Shown: piece after piece, positions 49,069 to 58,298 of the stretch | Position numbering within the stretch: position 1 is the first letter of the stretch | How the letters are laid out: each line of letters opens with the position of its first letter | The notes under the pieces: generated by a model | Seen by the model: the letters and a program-made list of their open reading frames with translations, nothing else | Databases searched by the model: none | Told to the model about the DNA's origin: nothing | Made by a program: the position numbers and the translations under genes | NCBI GenBank assembly: GCA_963719225.1 | Contig: CAVRAY010000001.1 | Location: 3,328,001 to 3,392,000, forward strand | Origin: Thermoanaerobaculia bacterium | GTDB lineage: Bacteria; Acidobacteriota; Thermoanaerobaculia; UBA5066 | Direction of reading: 5' to 3' | Length of the DNA stretch: 64,000 nt

Positions 49069-49636
49069 CGGAGAATCTCACCACCTGGTAGACGGAAAGC
49101 TCCACGCCGTGGGGGGTGAGGTCGGCGGGCAGCCCGGCCTTCATCTTGAGATGCCTCAGGAACTCGCGCGGCTCCGGGAGTTGCTCCCAGACCTGCGGCA
49201 GCAGCGTCGCCCGCCTCCTGCCGCATTGAAAAATGACGCCGTCGACGCCGGGACGAAACTGGCTCAACGCGTCGGCTTCGCTCCTGAAGCGGAGCGGTTG
49301 CGGCACGGTCAGCACGGAAACCTCGATGTCGACGGCGGGCAATTCGTCGGCCCCCAGAGGCGGAAAACGCGGGTCGTCGAAAGCGGCGGCATAAGCGTTG
49401 CGGGTCACGTCGTCGTAAAGAGGGCGACGCGCGTCGAGCGAGCCGATACAGCCGCGCAGCTTCCCGTGAAGATGGAGAGTGACGAACGTGGCCGCCGGCT
49501 CGTCGAGCCAGACCGGACGCGGCAGGTCGGGCCAGGGCGCACCGAATTCAGAAGAGATGGCCGCGCGGGCGAGCGCGATGAGGAGCCGCCCCTTGGCGTG
49601 ATGTTCCGTGGGCGGGAGGGATTCCGTAAAGGCCAC
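49055..49636 (-). CDS. amrA: AmmeMemoRadiSam system protein A (AMMECR1 family)
   Basis: ATFVTL...GKLRGCIG, AAFDDPRF, EVSVLT, ATLLPQVWEQLP, LKMKAG; start uncertain. Confidence 0.88.
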   Translation of the reverse strand: MAFTESLPPTEHHAKGRLLIALARAAISSEFGAPWPDLPRPVWLDEPAATFVTLHLHGKLRGCIGSLDARRPLYDDVTRNAYAAAFDDPRFPPLGADELPAVDIEVSVLTVPQPLRFRSEADALSQFRPGVDGVIFQCGRRRATLLPQVWEQLPEPREFLRHLKMKAGLPADLTPHGVELSVYQVVRFSATRS

Positions 49637-49674
49637 CGCCGAAAAGCCTCTCCTGAGTTTCACGAGTCTACGCT

Positions 49675-50337
49675 TCAGCCCTCTCCCAGCCTCTTCTTCA
49701 GCTCCGAAAGCTCGCTCGACAGCGCCGTCACCTGTTCTTCGAGAAAAGCGACGCGGGACGCGAGAGCATCCTGCCGTTCGACGCGCGGAGCCGGCGCGGG
49801 CGACGCGGCGGCTTCCACGGGACCTCCGACGAGATGCGTCCAGCGGGTCTCCTTCTGGCCGGGCGCGCGCGGCAGCTCGACGACGAGCGGTTCGTGGCCG
49901 GACGCGAGGCGCCCGAGCGCCGCTTCGATGTCCGTCGTGCTCGCGAAGGCGTGCAGGCGGTCGCTCCGCGAGCGGAGCTCGCCCGGGGTCTGCGCCCCTC
50001 GCAGGAGGAGGAGCGTCATCAACGCCCTCGTCGCCGAGTCGAGCTCCCATCGTCTCTCGACGTTCTGCTCCCACTTCTCCGAACGCGATCCCCCGACCTG
50101 CCAGACGAGGACGTGCTCGCGCATCCGCTCGAGGGCCGAACGCACCTCGCCTTCCGAGAGCCCCAGCACCGGGTCGCGGTTCGACTTCTGATTGCATGCC
50201 GCGAGAAGCGCATTGAGGGTGAGCGGGTAGTACTCCGGGGTGGCCTGTTGTTTCTCGAGGAGAGCGCCGAGGACGCGGATCTCCACCGGGTCGAGCGGTC
50301 GCGGGAGCCGGGCAGGCGGGGCGTCGTCGGTCAGCAT
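49675..50337 (-). CDS. yceH: DUF480/YceH family protein
   Basis: RVLGALLEKQ.ATPEYYPLTLNAL..ACNQKSNRDPV, LLLRGAQTPGELR. Confidence 0.9.
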   Translation of the reverse strand: MLTDDAPPARLPRPLDPVEIRVLGALLEKQQATPEYYPLTLNALLAACNQKSNRDPVLGLSEGEVRSALERMREHVLVWQVGGSRSEKWEQNVERRWELDSATRALMTLLLLRGAQTPGELRSRSDRLHAFASTTDIEAALGRLASGHEPLVVELPRAPGQKETRWTHLVGGPVEAAASPAPAPRVERQDALASRVAFLEEQVTALSSELSELKKRLGEG

Positions 50338-50398
50338 GCGGAACGGATTCTGGCCTACGACCGCGGTACGGGGTATGAGCGACCGCGGATGACCCCTG

Positions 50399-50414
50399 GG
50401 GCACGGTGATTGCA
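50399..50414 (+). promoter_or_regulatory. sigma54-type promoter
   Basis: GGGCACGGTGATTGCA, near-consensus TGGCACG-N4-TTGC, upstream of the 50482 gene. Confidence 0.65.
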
Positions 50415-50481
50415 CCTACCCCGGAGGGTTTGAAAGGGCAGGTAACAAACGGCTCTTGTAAAACCTGGAAGGAGAAAAACG

Positions 50482-50835
50482 ATGAAGTTCAAGTCGATTC
50501 TTCTCGCTGGCGCCGTCGCGGCTCTTCCGCTGGCAGTCTTTGCCCAGGAACAGCCGGCTCAGCCCCAGCAGCAGGTCACGATGAACGATTCCGGGGACAT
50601 GAAAGTCGTGACGATCACGGGGACGGTCCACTCTTTCGAGGCGGGCCGTTCCATCACCATCACGAACGACAAGGGCGAACAGGTCACGTACACGATCAAC
50701 ACATCATCGAACGTACCGAAGACGGTCGAGGTCGGCAAGACCGTGACGATCAATACCACGACCGTGGCGGGCGCTCCTGTGGTCAAGACCATAACGATCA
50801 CGACCACGAAGGAGACGAAGAAGAAGTCCTACTAG
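50482..50835 (+). CDS. small exported Thr/Val-rich (OB-fold-like) protein
   Basis: AAGGAG SD, signal peptide ending AVFA, beta-rich mature part. Confidence 0.75.
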   Translation: MKFKSILLAGAVAALPLAVFAQEQPAQPQQQVTMNDSGDMKVVTITGTVHSFEAGRSITITNDKGEQVTYTINTSSNVPKTVEVGKTVTINTTTVAGAPVVKTITITTTKETKKKSY

Positions 50836-50855
50836 GAACGAAACTGGTCCTGACA

Positions 50856-50890
50856 GAAAAAGCGAGGGGGCCGAAGGCCCCCTCGTTTGT
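50856..50890. terminator. bidirectional intrinsic terminator
   Basis: AAAAAGCGAGGGGGCC-GAA-GGCCCCCTCGTTTG between convergent genes. Confidence 0.8.
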
Positions 50891-50908
50891 CTTATCGGGA
50901 GTCGAGCC

Positions 50909-52693
50909 TCAGCGGCTCACCGCCGCGGTTGCGGCAGGCTTGGGCGTGGTGTTCCACCAGGTGCCGCCGGGGCCGAAGTACTTCTGAAGCGCCGTCGCGA
51001 GACTCTGGTCGTAAGCCGTGTTGTAGGGAGGCACGGCGTGCGCATCGAACGCCCCGCCCGGCTTCAGCCCGAGGCCGAAGATGTTGACGAGGTCGTTGTG
51101 ACAGCCGTTCCCGCAGGAGTTCGGCTGCCCGCCCTTGGCCTGGAGCTGGAGGGTCGTTTCGGGTCTCATGACCTTGAACGAGTGCTGGTTCCCGGACGCC
51201 GGCATGTGGCAGGTGACGCAGTTGCTGAGACCCATTGCCCGCTCGGGGGCGTAGGGGTGATGCGTGTGCGCCGACACGACCTTGCCGATCGCCTCTTCGT
51301 TCTTGGCCGCATCCGCCACCATCGCCGCGGTGATGGTCGCGAACGGGCCGTGCGTGGCGTGGCACGACAGGCAGAGCGTGTTGTCCTCGTGGGACGTCTT
51401 GAACGTGGTCTTCCCGTCGGTACTCGTCATCTTGTCCCGGAGCTGGTACTCGTTCGAGGTCTTTTGGTGCGGGTCGTGGCAGACCGAGCAGCTCACGACG
51501 TGGAAGGAGTTGTTCGCGTGCAGGCTCTTCTGGAAGCCGTAAGAGTGGCCTGACTTCACGCTGAACCCGTCGGGCCAGTACGCGGTGCCATCCTTGGACC
51601 AGTCGGCGAGCGAGCCGGGGGCGCCTGGATACCATTCGGGGGCGCCGGCCTGGTCGTCCTTGCACGGCCAGCCCCACTTGGAGTTCGGAGTCGACTTCAG
51701 CGAGCTGTGGCAGCGCTGGCAGACTTCGATCTGCTGCTGGGCCGTGAGCTTCGCCGGGTTGACGATGAACGCGACGTTGGGTCCGCCCAGAACGTGGTTC
51801 GACCCGGGGCCGTGGCACGACTCGCACGTGATGTTCACGGTTTCGAACGTGCCGTTTCCGTCGTAGTCGAAATAGGAGGGGTTGTCGACGGCGTAGAGAG
51901 TCGCCGTGAAGCCCGTGTAGACCTTTTCGCCCGTCGAGAGGAGGCTGTAGTCCTTCATCCCGGTCACGTGACAGCCGACGCAGCCGGCGTGGGAGGAGAC
52001 CGCCGACAGGTCGGACGACTTCGTGGTCGCCGAGAACTTCGGCAAGTTCTTCGCGTCGTACCAGCCGGTGGGCGAGTTCGTGACCCACTTCTTCGTCGCG
52101 GCGCTCCAGGACAGCGGCGCGAAGTAGTTCGCCTTCGAGACCTTCGTATCGGTGTCCGTCACGGGGATCCGGACCGCGAAACGCTGGTCCTGACCTTCCC
52201 CGCCGCCGACCGTGAAGACGACCGGGTAGTCGATCGTGCCGATGGTGATGAGATACGTTCCGTTCTTCACCGAGAGCTTCGGCGCGTTCGGCTTGTAGAC
52301 GTCGAACACCGAGCTGATGGTGTTGAAGTCGAGGCCGTCGATGAAGTCGTCCTTACCGTTGCCGTTGTAATCAGCCACGACCCCCTTGTCCGGGACCGTC
52401 GTGTAGTCGGTCATGGGCCTGCGGAGGAGTGACGCGTGCAGCGTGTCCTTGAACTTCGCGTAGGACGGGTGGCACGCGAGGCAGTATTCCGCCCCGATGT
52501 AGACGCCCTTCTTGATCTCGGCCGCGGAGTAATAGCTGAGCAGGACCTGGCCCAGGCTTCCGGTCTGGAGAATCTTCGCCGCGGTGACCGATACGGGTTG
52601 CGGGTGGCTCGGCTCGGGCAGCGCGTTGTGCTGACCCCGAAGGGGCAGCGACACAAGCGCCAGCACGAGCAGGAGCCTCGCTGGGTGTTTCAT
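50909..52693 (-). CDS. exported multiheme cytochrome c (7 CXXCH + 1 CX3CH)
   Basis: Signal peptide; CLACH, CVGCH, CESCH, CQRCH, CSVCH, CLSCH, CVTCH, CGNGCH; AAGGAG SD before ATG 52693. Confidence 0.9.
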   Translation of the reverse strand: MKHPARLLLVLALVSLPLRGQHNALPEPSHPQPVSVTAAKILQTGSLGQVLLSYYSAAEIKKGVYIGAEYCLACHPSYAKFKDTLHASLLRRPMTDYTTVPDKGVVADYNGNGKDDFIDGLDFNTISSVFDVYKPNAPKLSVKNGTYLITIGTIDYPVVFTVGGGEGQDQRFAVRIPVTDTDTKVSKANYFAPLSWSAATKKWVTNSPTGWYDAKNLPKFSATTKSSDLSAVSSHAGCVGCHVTGMKDYSLLSTGEKVYTGFTATLYAVDNPSYFDYDGNGTFETVNITCESCHGPGSNHVLGGPNVAFIVNPAKLTAQQQIEVCQRCHSSLKSTPNSKWGWPCKDDQAGAPEWYPGAPGSLADWSKDGTAYWPDGFSVKSGHSYGFQKSLHANNSFHVVSCSVCHDPHQKTSNEYQLRDKMTSTDGKTTFKTSHEDNTLCLSCHATHGPFATITAAMVADAAKNEEAIGKVVSAHTHHPYAPERAMGLSNCVTCHMPASGNQHSFKVMRPETTLQLQAKGGQPNSCGNGCHNDLVNIFGLGLKPGGAFDAHAVPPYNTAYDQSLATALQKYFGPGGTWWNTTPKPAATAAVSR

Positions 52694-52824
52694 ACGGCTC
52701 TCCTTTCGTCTTCTCCGTTCGATTGCTGTCTTGCCGCGTGACGAGTCACGCGGTCGTGGTGGCGGGGGGAAAGGGATGCACTGCTCCAATGTGCTTCTCG
52801 GGGTTCGTGACTCGCATGAACTAG

Positions 52825-52849
52825 CTGCATCATTCCTTCGATGATGCAG
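52825..52849. promoter_or_regulatory. perfect inverted repeat, candidate operator
   Basis: CTGCATCAT-N7-ATGATGCAG in the AT-rich divergent region between the cytochrome gene and lhr. Confidence 0.45.
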
Positions 52850-53080
52850 AAGGACCATGAAAGTGCCCCACTGAATGCAATCTAATCAGTTGAGCAGCAA
52901 GTAACTTATGCGTCCATACCGCGGGCCCTGCCGGCCGGTTGGCGCGGCCGCTTACCGGCAGGAAAATGAGGGCGAGAATGACCGCATTCTCGAAGCGTCG
53001 GCCGCGCCTGGAAACGGGACCCGTTTTTTTCGGGCGCCGGAGAACAAGACGCCCGAATCTCTCGTTAAGATCGAGTCTCG

Positions 53081-56000
53081 ATGTCTCTCCTCTCCCCCCT
53101 CCACCCCGCCGTTCAGACCTGGTTTCGGGACCGGCTCGGCGAGCCCACGCCCCCGCAGAGCGAGGGATGGCCGGCGATCCGCGACGGCCGGAACACGCTC
53201 ATCGCGGCTCCGACGGGATCCGGCAAGACGCTCGCGGCGTTTCTCTCGGCGATCGACGCCCTGATCCGTCAGGGTTCCGATTTGAAGGACGAGACGCAGG
53301 TTCTCTACATCTCGCCCCTGCGCGCGCTGTCGAACGACGTCCAGAAGAATCTCCAGGGCCCGCTCGCCGAGATCCGGGCTCTGGATCCCACGGTCCCCGA
53401 AGTGCGTGTACTCGTGCGCACGGGGGACACGCCCTCGGGAGAGCGCGCCGCGATGACGCGCCGGCCGCCCCACATCCTCGTGACGACCCCGGAGTCCTTC
53501 TATCTCCTGCTCACGAGCGCGGGCGGGCGGAAGATGCTCCGCACGGTCTCCACCGTCATCGTCGACGAGATCCACGCGCTGATCCGCGACAAGCGCGGCA
53601 GTCATCTCGCGCTTTCCCTCGAGCGCCTCGAGCACCTCGCCGGCCGGCCCGTCCAGCGCGTGGGCCTCTCGGCCACGCAGAAGCCGCTCGACGAGGTCGG
53701 CCGCTTCCTCGTCGGCGAAGGGCGCACCTGCACGCTCGTCGATGCCGGCACCTTCCGCACTCTCGATCTCGGGATCGAGGTTCCTCCGTCGCCGCTCTCG
53801 ACGGTGTGCTCCCACGAACAGTGGGAGGAGATCTACGCGCGCATCGGCGAGCTCGTCCGCGAGCACCGGACGACGCTCGTCTTCGTGAACACGCGGAAGA
53901 TGGCCGAGCGCATCTCGGCTCAGCTCACGCGCCTCCTCGGGGAGGATGCGGTGACGAGCCACCACGGCAGCCTCTCGAAAGCGCGCCGCCTCGACGCCGA
54001 GCAGCGCCTGAAGGCGGGCACGCTCCGCGCGCTCGTGGCGACGGCCTCTCTGGAGCTCGGGATCGACGTCGGCGACGTGGACCTCGCGATCCAGGTCGGC
54101 GCGACGCGCTCGATCGCGACGTTTCTCCAGCGCGTCGGCCGCGCCGGGCACGTGCTGAGGAAAATCCCGAAGGGGCGGCTCTTCCCGCTCACGCTCGATG
54201 AGCTCGTCGAGGGGGCAGCCCTTCTTTCCTCCATCCGGCACGCGGTCCTCGACCGCACGCCGATTCCGCCGCGCCCGCTCGACATCCTCGCGCAGCAGAT
54301 CGTCGCGGCCTGCGCCGGCGAAGCCTGGGACGAGGAGACGCTTTTCGATCTCGTGAGAAAGGCCTGGCCGTACCGGGAGCTTTCCCGCGAAGAGTTCGAC
54401 CGCGTGGTCGCGCTTCACACGGACGGCCGGCGCGCGCTCCTGCACCGCGACGGCGTGAACGGCCGCCTCATGGGGACGAAGCGCTCGCGCCTCACCGCTC
54501 TCATGTCCGGAGGCGCGATTCCCGACACGGCGGACTACCAGGTGAGGCTCGAGCCGGAAGGCACGCTCGTCGGGACCGTCAACGAGGACTGGGCCGTGGA
54601 GTCCAACGGCGGCGACATCTTCCAGCTCGGCAACACCTCGTGGCGCGTCATCCGCATCGAGCCCGGCATCGTCCGCGTGGCGGACGCGAAGGGCCAGCCG
54701 CCGACGCTCCCCTTCTGGCTCGGGGAAGCGCCCGGCCGAACGCGTGAATTGGCCGCGGAGATCGGAAAGCTACGGGAGGGCTGTGAGCTCTCGGGAGAGG
54801 CGGCATCTCCTCCTCCTTCGCTCGCAAACTCGCTTCGCTCAGACAGTGCTCGCGGCGTCGGAGGAGACGCCGCCTCCCCCTCGCTCTCCCCCTCTTCCTC
54901 TTCACCTTCTAAGAACTCTTCTCTTTCGTTTCTCTCTCTCGAATGTGGAGACGCCTTGCCGGAGGGCGCCGCCGTCCAGATCGCCGAGTACGTCGAGGCG
55001 GGACGGCAGGCGCTCGGCGGCGTCCCCACGCAGAAGCGCGTGATCCTCGAGCGCTTCTTCGACGAGAGCGGCGGGATGCAGCTCGTCGTCCACGCGCCCT
55101 TCGGCTCGAAGATCAACAAGGCCTGGGGGCTCGCGCTGAGGAAACGCTTCTGCGTCGGCTTCGGCTTCGAGCTCCAGGCGGCCGCGAACGAGGAGGCGAT
55201 CGTCCTTTCGCTCGGCCCGCAGCACAGCTTCGAGCTGCCGGAAGTCTTCGACTACCTCAATCCCGCCACCGCGCGCGAGGTCCTGGTCCAGGCCGTCCTC
55301 CAGTCCCCGCTCTTCGAGACGCGCTGGCGCTGGAACGCGCAGCGCGCTCTCCTCCTCGACCGGACCCGGAACGGCAAGAGGGTGCCGGCGAACCTGCAGC
55401 GGATGCGCGCGAACGACCTCCTCGTCACGGCATTCCCGCAGGTCATCTCGTGCCCCGAGACGCTTCCCGGCGGCCCCGTCGAGGTGCCGATGGACCACCC
55501 TATCGTCGCGCAGACGATCGAGGACTGCCTCACGGAAGCGATGGACGTCGAGGGCTTCCTGGAGGTGCTGCGCGGCCTGAAGGACGGATCGATCGAGCGG
55601 CGCGCGGTGGACACCGTGGAGCCCTCCGCCTTCGCGCGCGGGATCCTCTCCTCGCAGCCCTACACGTTCCTCGACGACGCGCCGCTGGAAGAGCGGCGCA
55701 CGCAGGCCGTCTTCTCGAGGCGCGTCCTGGACACGCGCTCCGCGGACGAGATCGGCATCCTCGACCCGGAGGCGATCGCGCGTGTCCGGGAAGAAGCATG
55801 GCCGCAGCCTTCGAGCGCGGAGGAGGTCCACGAAGCGCTCCTCTGGATGGGATACGTGACGGCCGAGGAAGGCCGTCCCTGGCAGGCGTGGCTGCACGAG
55901 CTCGCCGCCGCGCGCCGCGTCGCCCTCGAGGAAGGACGCTGGTACGCGGCGGAGGCGACGCGCGACCCGAAGGCGGTGCTCCGGGGGCGCATGGAAGCTC

Positions 56001-57112
56001 TCGGCCCGGTCGTCGCCGGGGGGCCCGACGAAGCCGTGCTCCGCGAGCTGGAAGCCGAAGGCGCCGTGCTCCGCACGCGCATCGAGGGACACGAGGCCTG
56101 GTGCAACCGGCGGCTTCTCGCCCGCATCCACCGCTACACGCTCGACCGTCTGCGCAAGGAGATCGAGCCCGTCACCGCCTCGCAGTTCCTGCGCTTCCTC
56201 GCGTGCTGGCAGCATGCGGATCCCGAGCATCGCCTGGACGGCCCGCGCGGAGTGGGGCAGGTCGTCGCGCAGCTCGCCGGCTTCGAGATTCCCGCAGCGG
56301 CGTGGGAAGGCAGCGTCCTGCCGTCGCGCGTGCGCGGGTACAAGCGCGAGTGGCTCGATCAGCTCACCCTCTCGGGGGAGATCGTCTGGGGCCGGCTCTG
56401 GGGCGCGGCGACCGGGCCGACGCGGCGGACGCCGATCTGTCTCGTCGAGAGGCGGGATCTGGACGAGTGGTCCGCGCTCGCGGCGCAGGCCCCCGCGCGA
56501 GAGCCCTCCGGAAGGGCGCTCGAGATCCAGGAGGCGCTCCTCGGGAAAGGCGCGATGTTCTTCCAGGAGGTCGCGCGCGCGACGAAGCTGCCGCCGACGT
56601 TCGTGGAGGAGGGCCTCAGCGAGCTCATCGCGCTCGGACGCGTCACGTGCGACTCGTTCAGCGGGCTCCGCTGGCTGATCGTGCCCGCGCCGAAACGAAA
56701 GACCGCCATCCTCTCGACCGGCCGATGGAGCCTCCTGCCGCGCGAAGCGTCGACTCCCCCGTCGGCCGAGTTCGTGGCGCGCCGCCTCCTGCAGCGCACG
56801 GGGGTGGTGTTCCGCAAGACGCTCGCGCGCGAGAAGCAGCCGCTTCCCTTCCGCGACGTCGCACGCGTCCTGCGCACGCTCGAAGCGCGCGGCGAGGTGC
56901 GCGGCGGGCGCTTCGTCGCCGGATTCGACGGTGAGCAGTACGCGCTGCCCGAAGCCGTCGCGCTGCTCAGAGCCGTCCGGAAGCGCATGAATCAGGCCGG
57001 CGAGCTTCCGCCGGTCCTCGTCTCGGCAGCCGACCCCCTGAACTTCCAGGGAATCCTGACCCCCGAGGAGAAAATCGCGCCGGCGACGCGGCGCGAGCTG
57101 CGCGTGGCGTAG
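53081..57112 (+). CDS. lhr: Lhr-family DEAD/DEAH-box helicase
   Basis: APTGSGKT, SPLRALSND, TTPES, DEIH, SATQ, TASLELGID, QRVGRAGH, C-terminal RGGRFV.GF.GEQYALP. Confidence 0.93.
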   Translation: MSLLSPLHPAVQTWFRDRLGEPTPPQSEGWPAIRDGRNTLIAAPTGSGKTLAAFLSAIDALIRQGSDLKDETQVLYISPLRALSNDVQKNLQGPLAEIRALDPTVPEVRVLVRTGDTPSGERAAMTRRPPHILVTTPESFYLLLTSAGGRKMLRTVSTVIVDEIHALIRDKRGSHLALSLERLEHLAGRPVQRVGLSATQKPLDEVGRFLVGEGRTCTLVDAGTFRTLDLGIEVPPSPLSTVCSHEQWEEIYARIGELVREHRTTLVFVNTRKMAERISAQLTRLLGEDAVTSHHGSLSKARRLDAEQRLKAGTLRALVATASLELGIDVGDVDLAIQVGATRSIATFLQRVGRAGHVLRKIPKGRLFPLTLDELVEGAALLSSIRHAVLDRTPIPPRPLDILAQQIVAACAGEAWDEETLFDLVRKAWPYRELSREEFDRVVALHTDGRRALLHRDGVNGRLMGTKRSRLTALMSGGAIPDTADYQVRLEPEGTLVGTVNEDWAVESNGGDIFQLGNTSWRVIRIEPGIVRVADAKGQPPTLPFWLGEAPGRTRELAAEIGKLREGCELSGEAASPPPSLANSLRSDSARGVGGDAASPSLSPSSSSPSKNSSLSFLSLECGDALPEGAAVQIAEYVEAGRQALGGVPTQKRVILERFFDESGGMQLVVHAPFGSKINKAWGLALRKRFCVGFGFELQAAANEEAIVLSLGPQHSFELPEVFDYLNPATAREVLVQAVLQSPLFETRWRWNAQRALLLDRTRNGKRVPANLQRMRANDLLVTAFPQVISCPETLPGGPVEVPMDHPIVAQTIEDCLTEAMDVEGFLEVLRGLKDGSIERRAVDTVEPSAFARGILSSQPYTFLDDAPLEERRTQAVFSRRVLDTRSADEIGILDPEAIARVREEAWPQPSSAEEVHEALLWMGYVTAEEGRPWQAWLHELAAARRVALEEGRWYAAEATRDPKAVLRGRMEALGPVVAGGPDEAVLRELEAEGAVLRTRIEGHEAWCNRRLLARIHRYTLDRLRKEIEPVTASQFLRFLACWQHADPEHRLDGPRGVGQVVAQLAGFEIPAAAWEGSVLPSRVRGYKREWLDQLTLSGEIVWGRLWGAATGPTRRTPICLVERRDLDEWSALAAQAPAREPSGRALEIQEALLGKGAMFFQEVARATKLPPTFVEEGLSELIALGRVTCDSFSGLRWLIVPAPKRKTAILSTGRWSLLPREASTPPSAEFVARRLLQRTGVVFRKTLAREKQPLPFRDVARVLRTLEARGEVRGGRFVAGFDGEQYALPEAVALLRAVRKRMNQAGELPPVLVSAADPLNFQGILTPEEKIAPATRRELRVA
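54797..54876. repeat. palindromic REP/MITE-like element lying in-frame within lhr
   Basis: 17-bp arms GAGGCGGCATCTCCTCC / GGAGGAGACGCCGCCTC (1 mismatch) around a 46-nt loop containing CAAACTCGCTTCGCTCAGACA. Confidence 0.6.
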
Positions 57113-57127
57113 GGAGAAATGAGCGCG

Positions 57128-58213
57128 ATGAAACGGCTCGGGCTGGTCCTTTTCACCCTTGCGCTCGACGCGCGAGCCGAGATCCGTCTCGATACGATCA
57201 AGCTGCCGCAGGGCTTCAGGATCTCCGTCTACAGCGACGCCGTTCCCGGAGCGCGCTCCATGGCGATGGGCCCGGGCGGGACGCTCTTCGTCGGGTCGCG
57301 CGACGCGGGCAACGTCTACGCGCTCGTGGACGCCGGCGACGGCACGCGCGCCGGCCAGGTCTTCACGCTCGCGAAAAACCTGAACGAGCCGAACGGCGTG
57401 GCGGTGAAGGACGGTGCGCTCTACGTGATGGAGATCTCGCGCCTGCTGCGCTTCGACGCGATCGAGAAGAGGCTCGGGAACCCGCCTCCGGCCGCCGTCG
57501 TCACGGAGGCGTTCCCGAAGGACCCTCACCACGGCTGGAAATTCATCGCGTTCGGCCCCGACGGCCTCCTCTACGTGCCGATCGGAGCGCCGTGCAACAT
57601 CTGCCGGCGCAGCGATCCCTATGCGTCGATCACCCGCCTGAAGGCCGACGGCTCCGGCTCCGAGATCGTCGCGCGCGGCGTTCGGAACACCGTCGGCTTC
57701 GACTGGCACCCGGAAACGAAGGAGCTGTGGTTCACCGACAACGGGCGGGACTATCTGGGCGACGACAAGCCGGCCGACGAGCTGAACCGGACGCCTCGCA
57801 AAGGACTCAACTTCGGCTTCCCGTACTGCCATGGCGGCGACGTTTCCGATCCGGAATTCGGCAAGGAGTTTCCCTGCCGCGACTTCGTCCCGCCCGAGCT
57901 GAAGCTCGGCGCCCACGTCGCGGCCCTCGGAATGCGCTTTTACAGGGGGCAGATGTTCCCCGCCGAGTACCAGGGACAGATCTTCATCGCCGAGCACGGT
58001 TCCTGGAACCGGAAGAAGAAAGTCGGATACCGCGTCGCGCTCGTGCGGCTGAAGGACGGCAAGCCGGTCTCCGAAGAGCCCTTCGCACAGGGCTGGCTCC
58101 AGAGCGAGAAGGCGTGGGGACGGCCCGTCGACGTTCTCGTCCGGCCGGACGGCTCGCTCCTCGTCTCGGACGATCTGGCCGGAGCGATCTACCGGATCTC
58201 GTTCGGGAAGTAG
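57128..58213 (+). CDS. PQQ-dependent sugar/sorbosone dehydrogenase family beta-propeller protein
   Basis: Signal peptide, HGWKFIAFGPDG, GAPCNIC, GVRNTVGFDW, HGSWNR, GRPVDV, VSDD. Confidence 0.88.
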   Translation: MKRLGLVLFTLALDARAEIRLDTIKLPQGFRISVYSDAVPGARSMAMGPGGTLFVGSRDAGNVYALVDAGDGTRAGQVFTLAKNLNEPNGVAVKDGALYVMEISRLLRFDAIEKRLGNPPPAAVVTEAFPKDPHHGWKFIAFGPDGLLYVPIGAPCNICRRSDPYASITRLKADGSGSEIVARGVRNTVGFDWHPETKELWFTDNGRDYLGDDKPADELNRTPRKGLNFGFPYCHGGDVSDPEFGKEFPCRDFVPPELKLGAHVAALGMRFYRGQMFPAEYQGQIFIAEHGSWNRKKKVGYRVALVRLKDGKPVSEEPFAQGWLQSEKAWGRPVDVLVRPDGSLLVSDDLAGAIYRISFGK

Positions 58214-58298
58214 ACGCCGCCCTTCGCGGTATCATGAGCGCCGTACTGCAAGGAGAATCCGCGATGCGTCCTGCCAGCCGGCCCGGGGGAGAAGGCGT

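Noticed and set aside
54755-54790. Inverted partner of the lhr copy of the recurrent motif
   Set aside because: The best candidate has about 7 mismatches in 15, so it was not counted
5685-54915. Recurrent TTCTAAG motif interpreted as CRISPR repeats or IS ends
   Set aside because: Copies are kilobases apart, degenerate, mostly in-frame in genes, with no spacers, cas genes, transposase or target duplications
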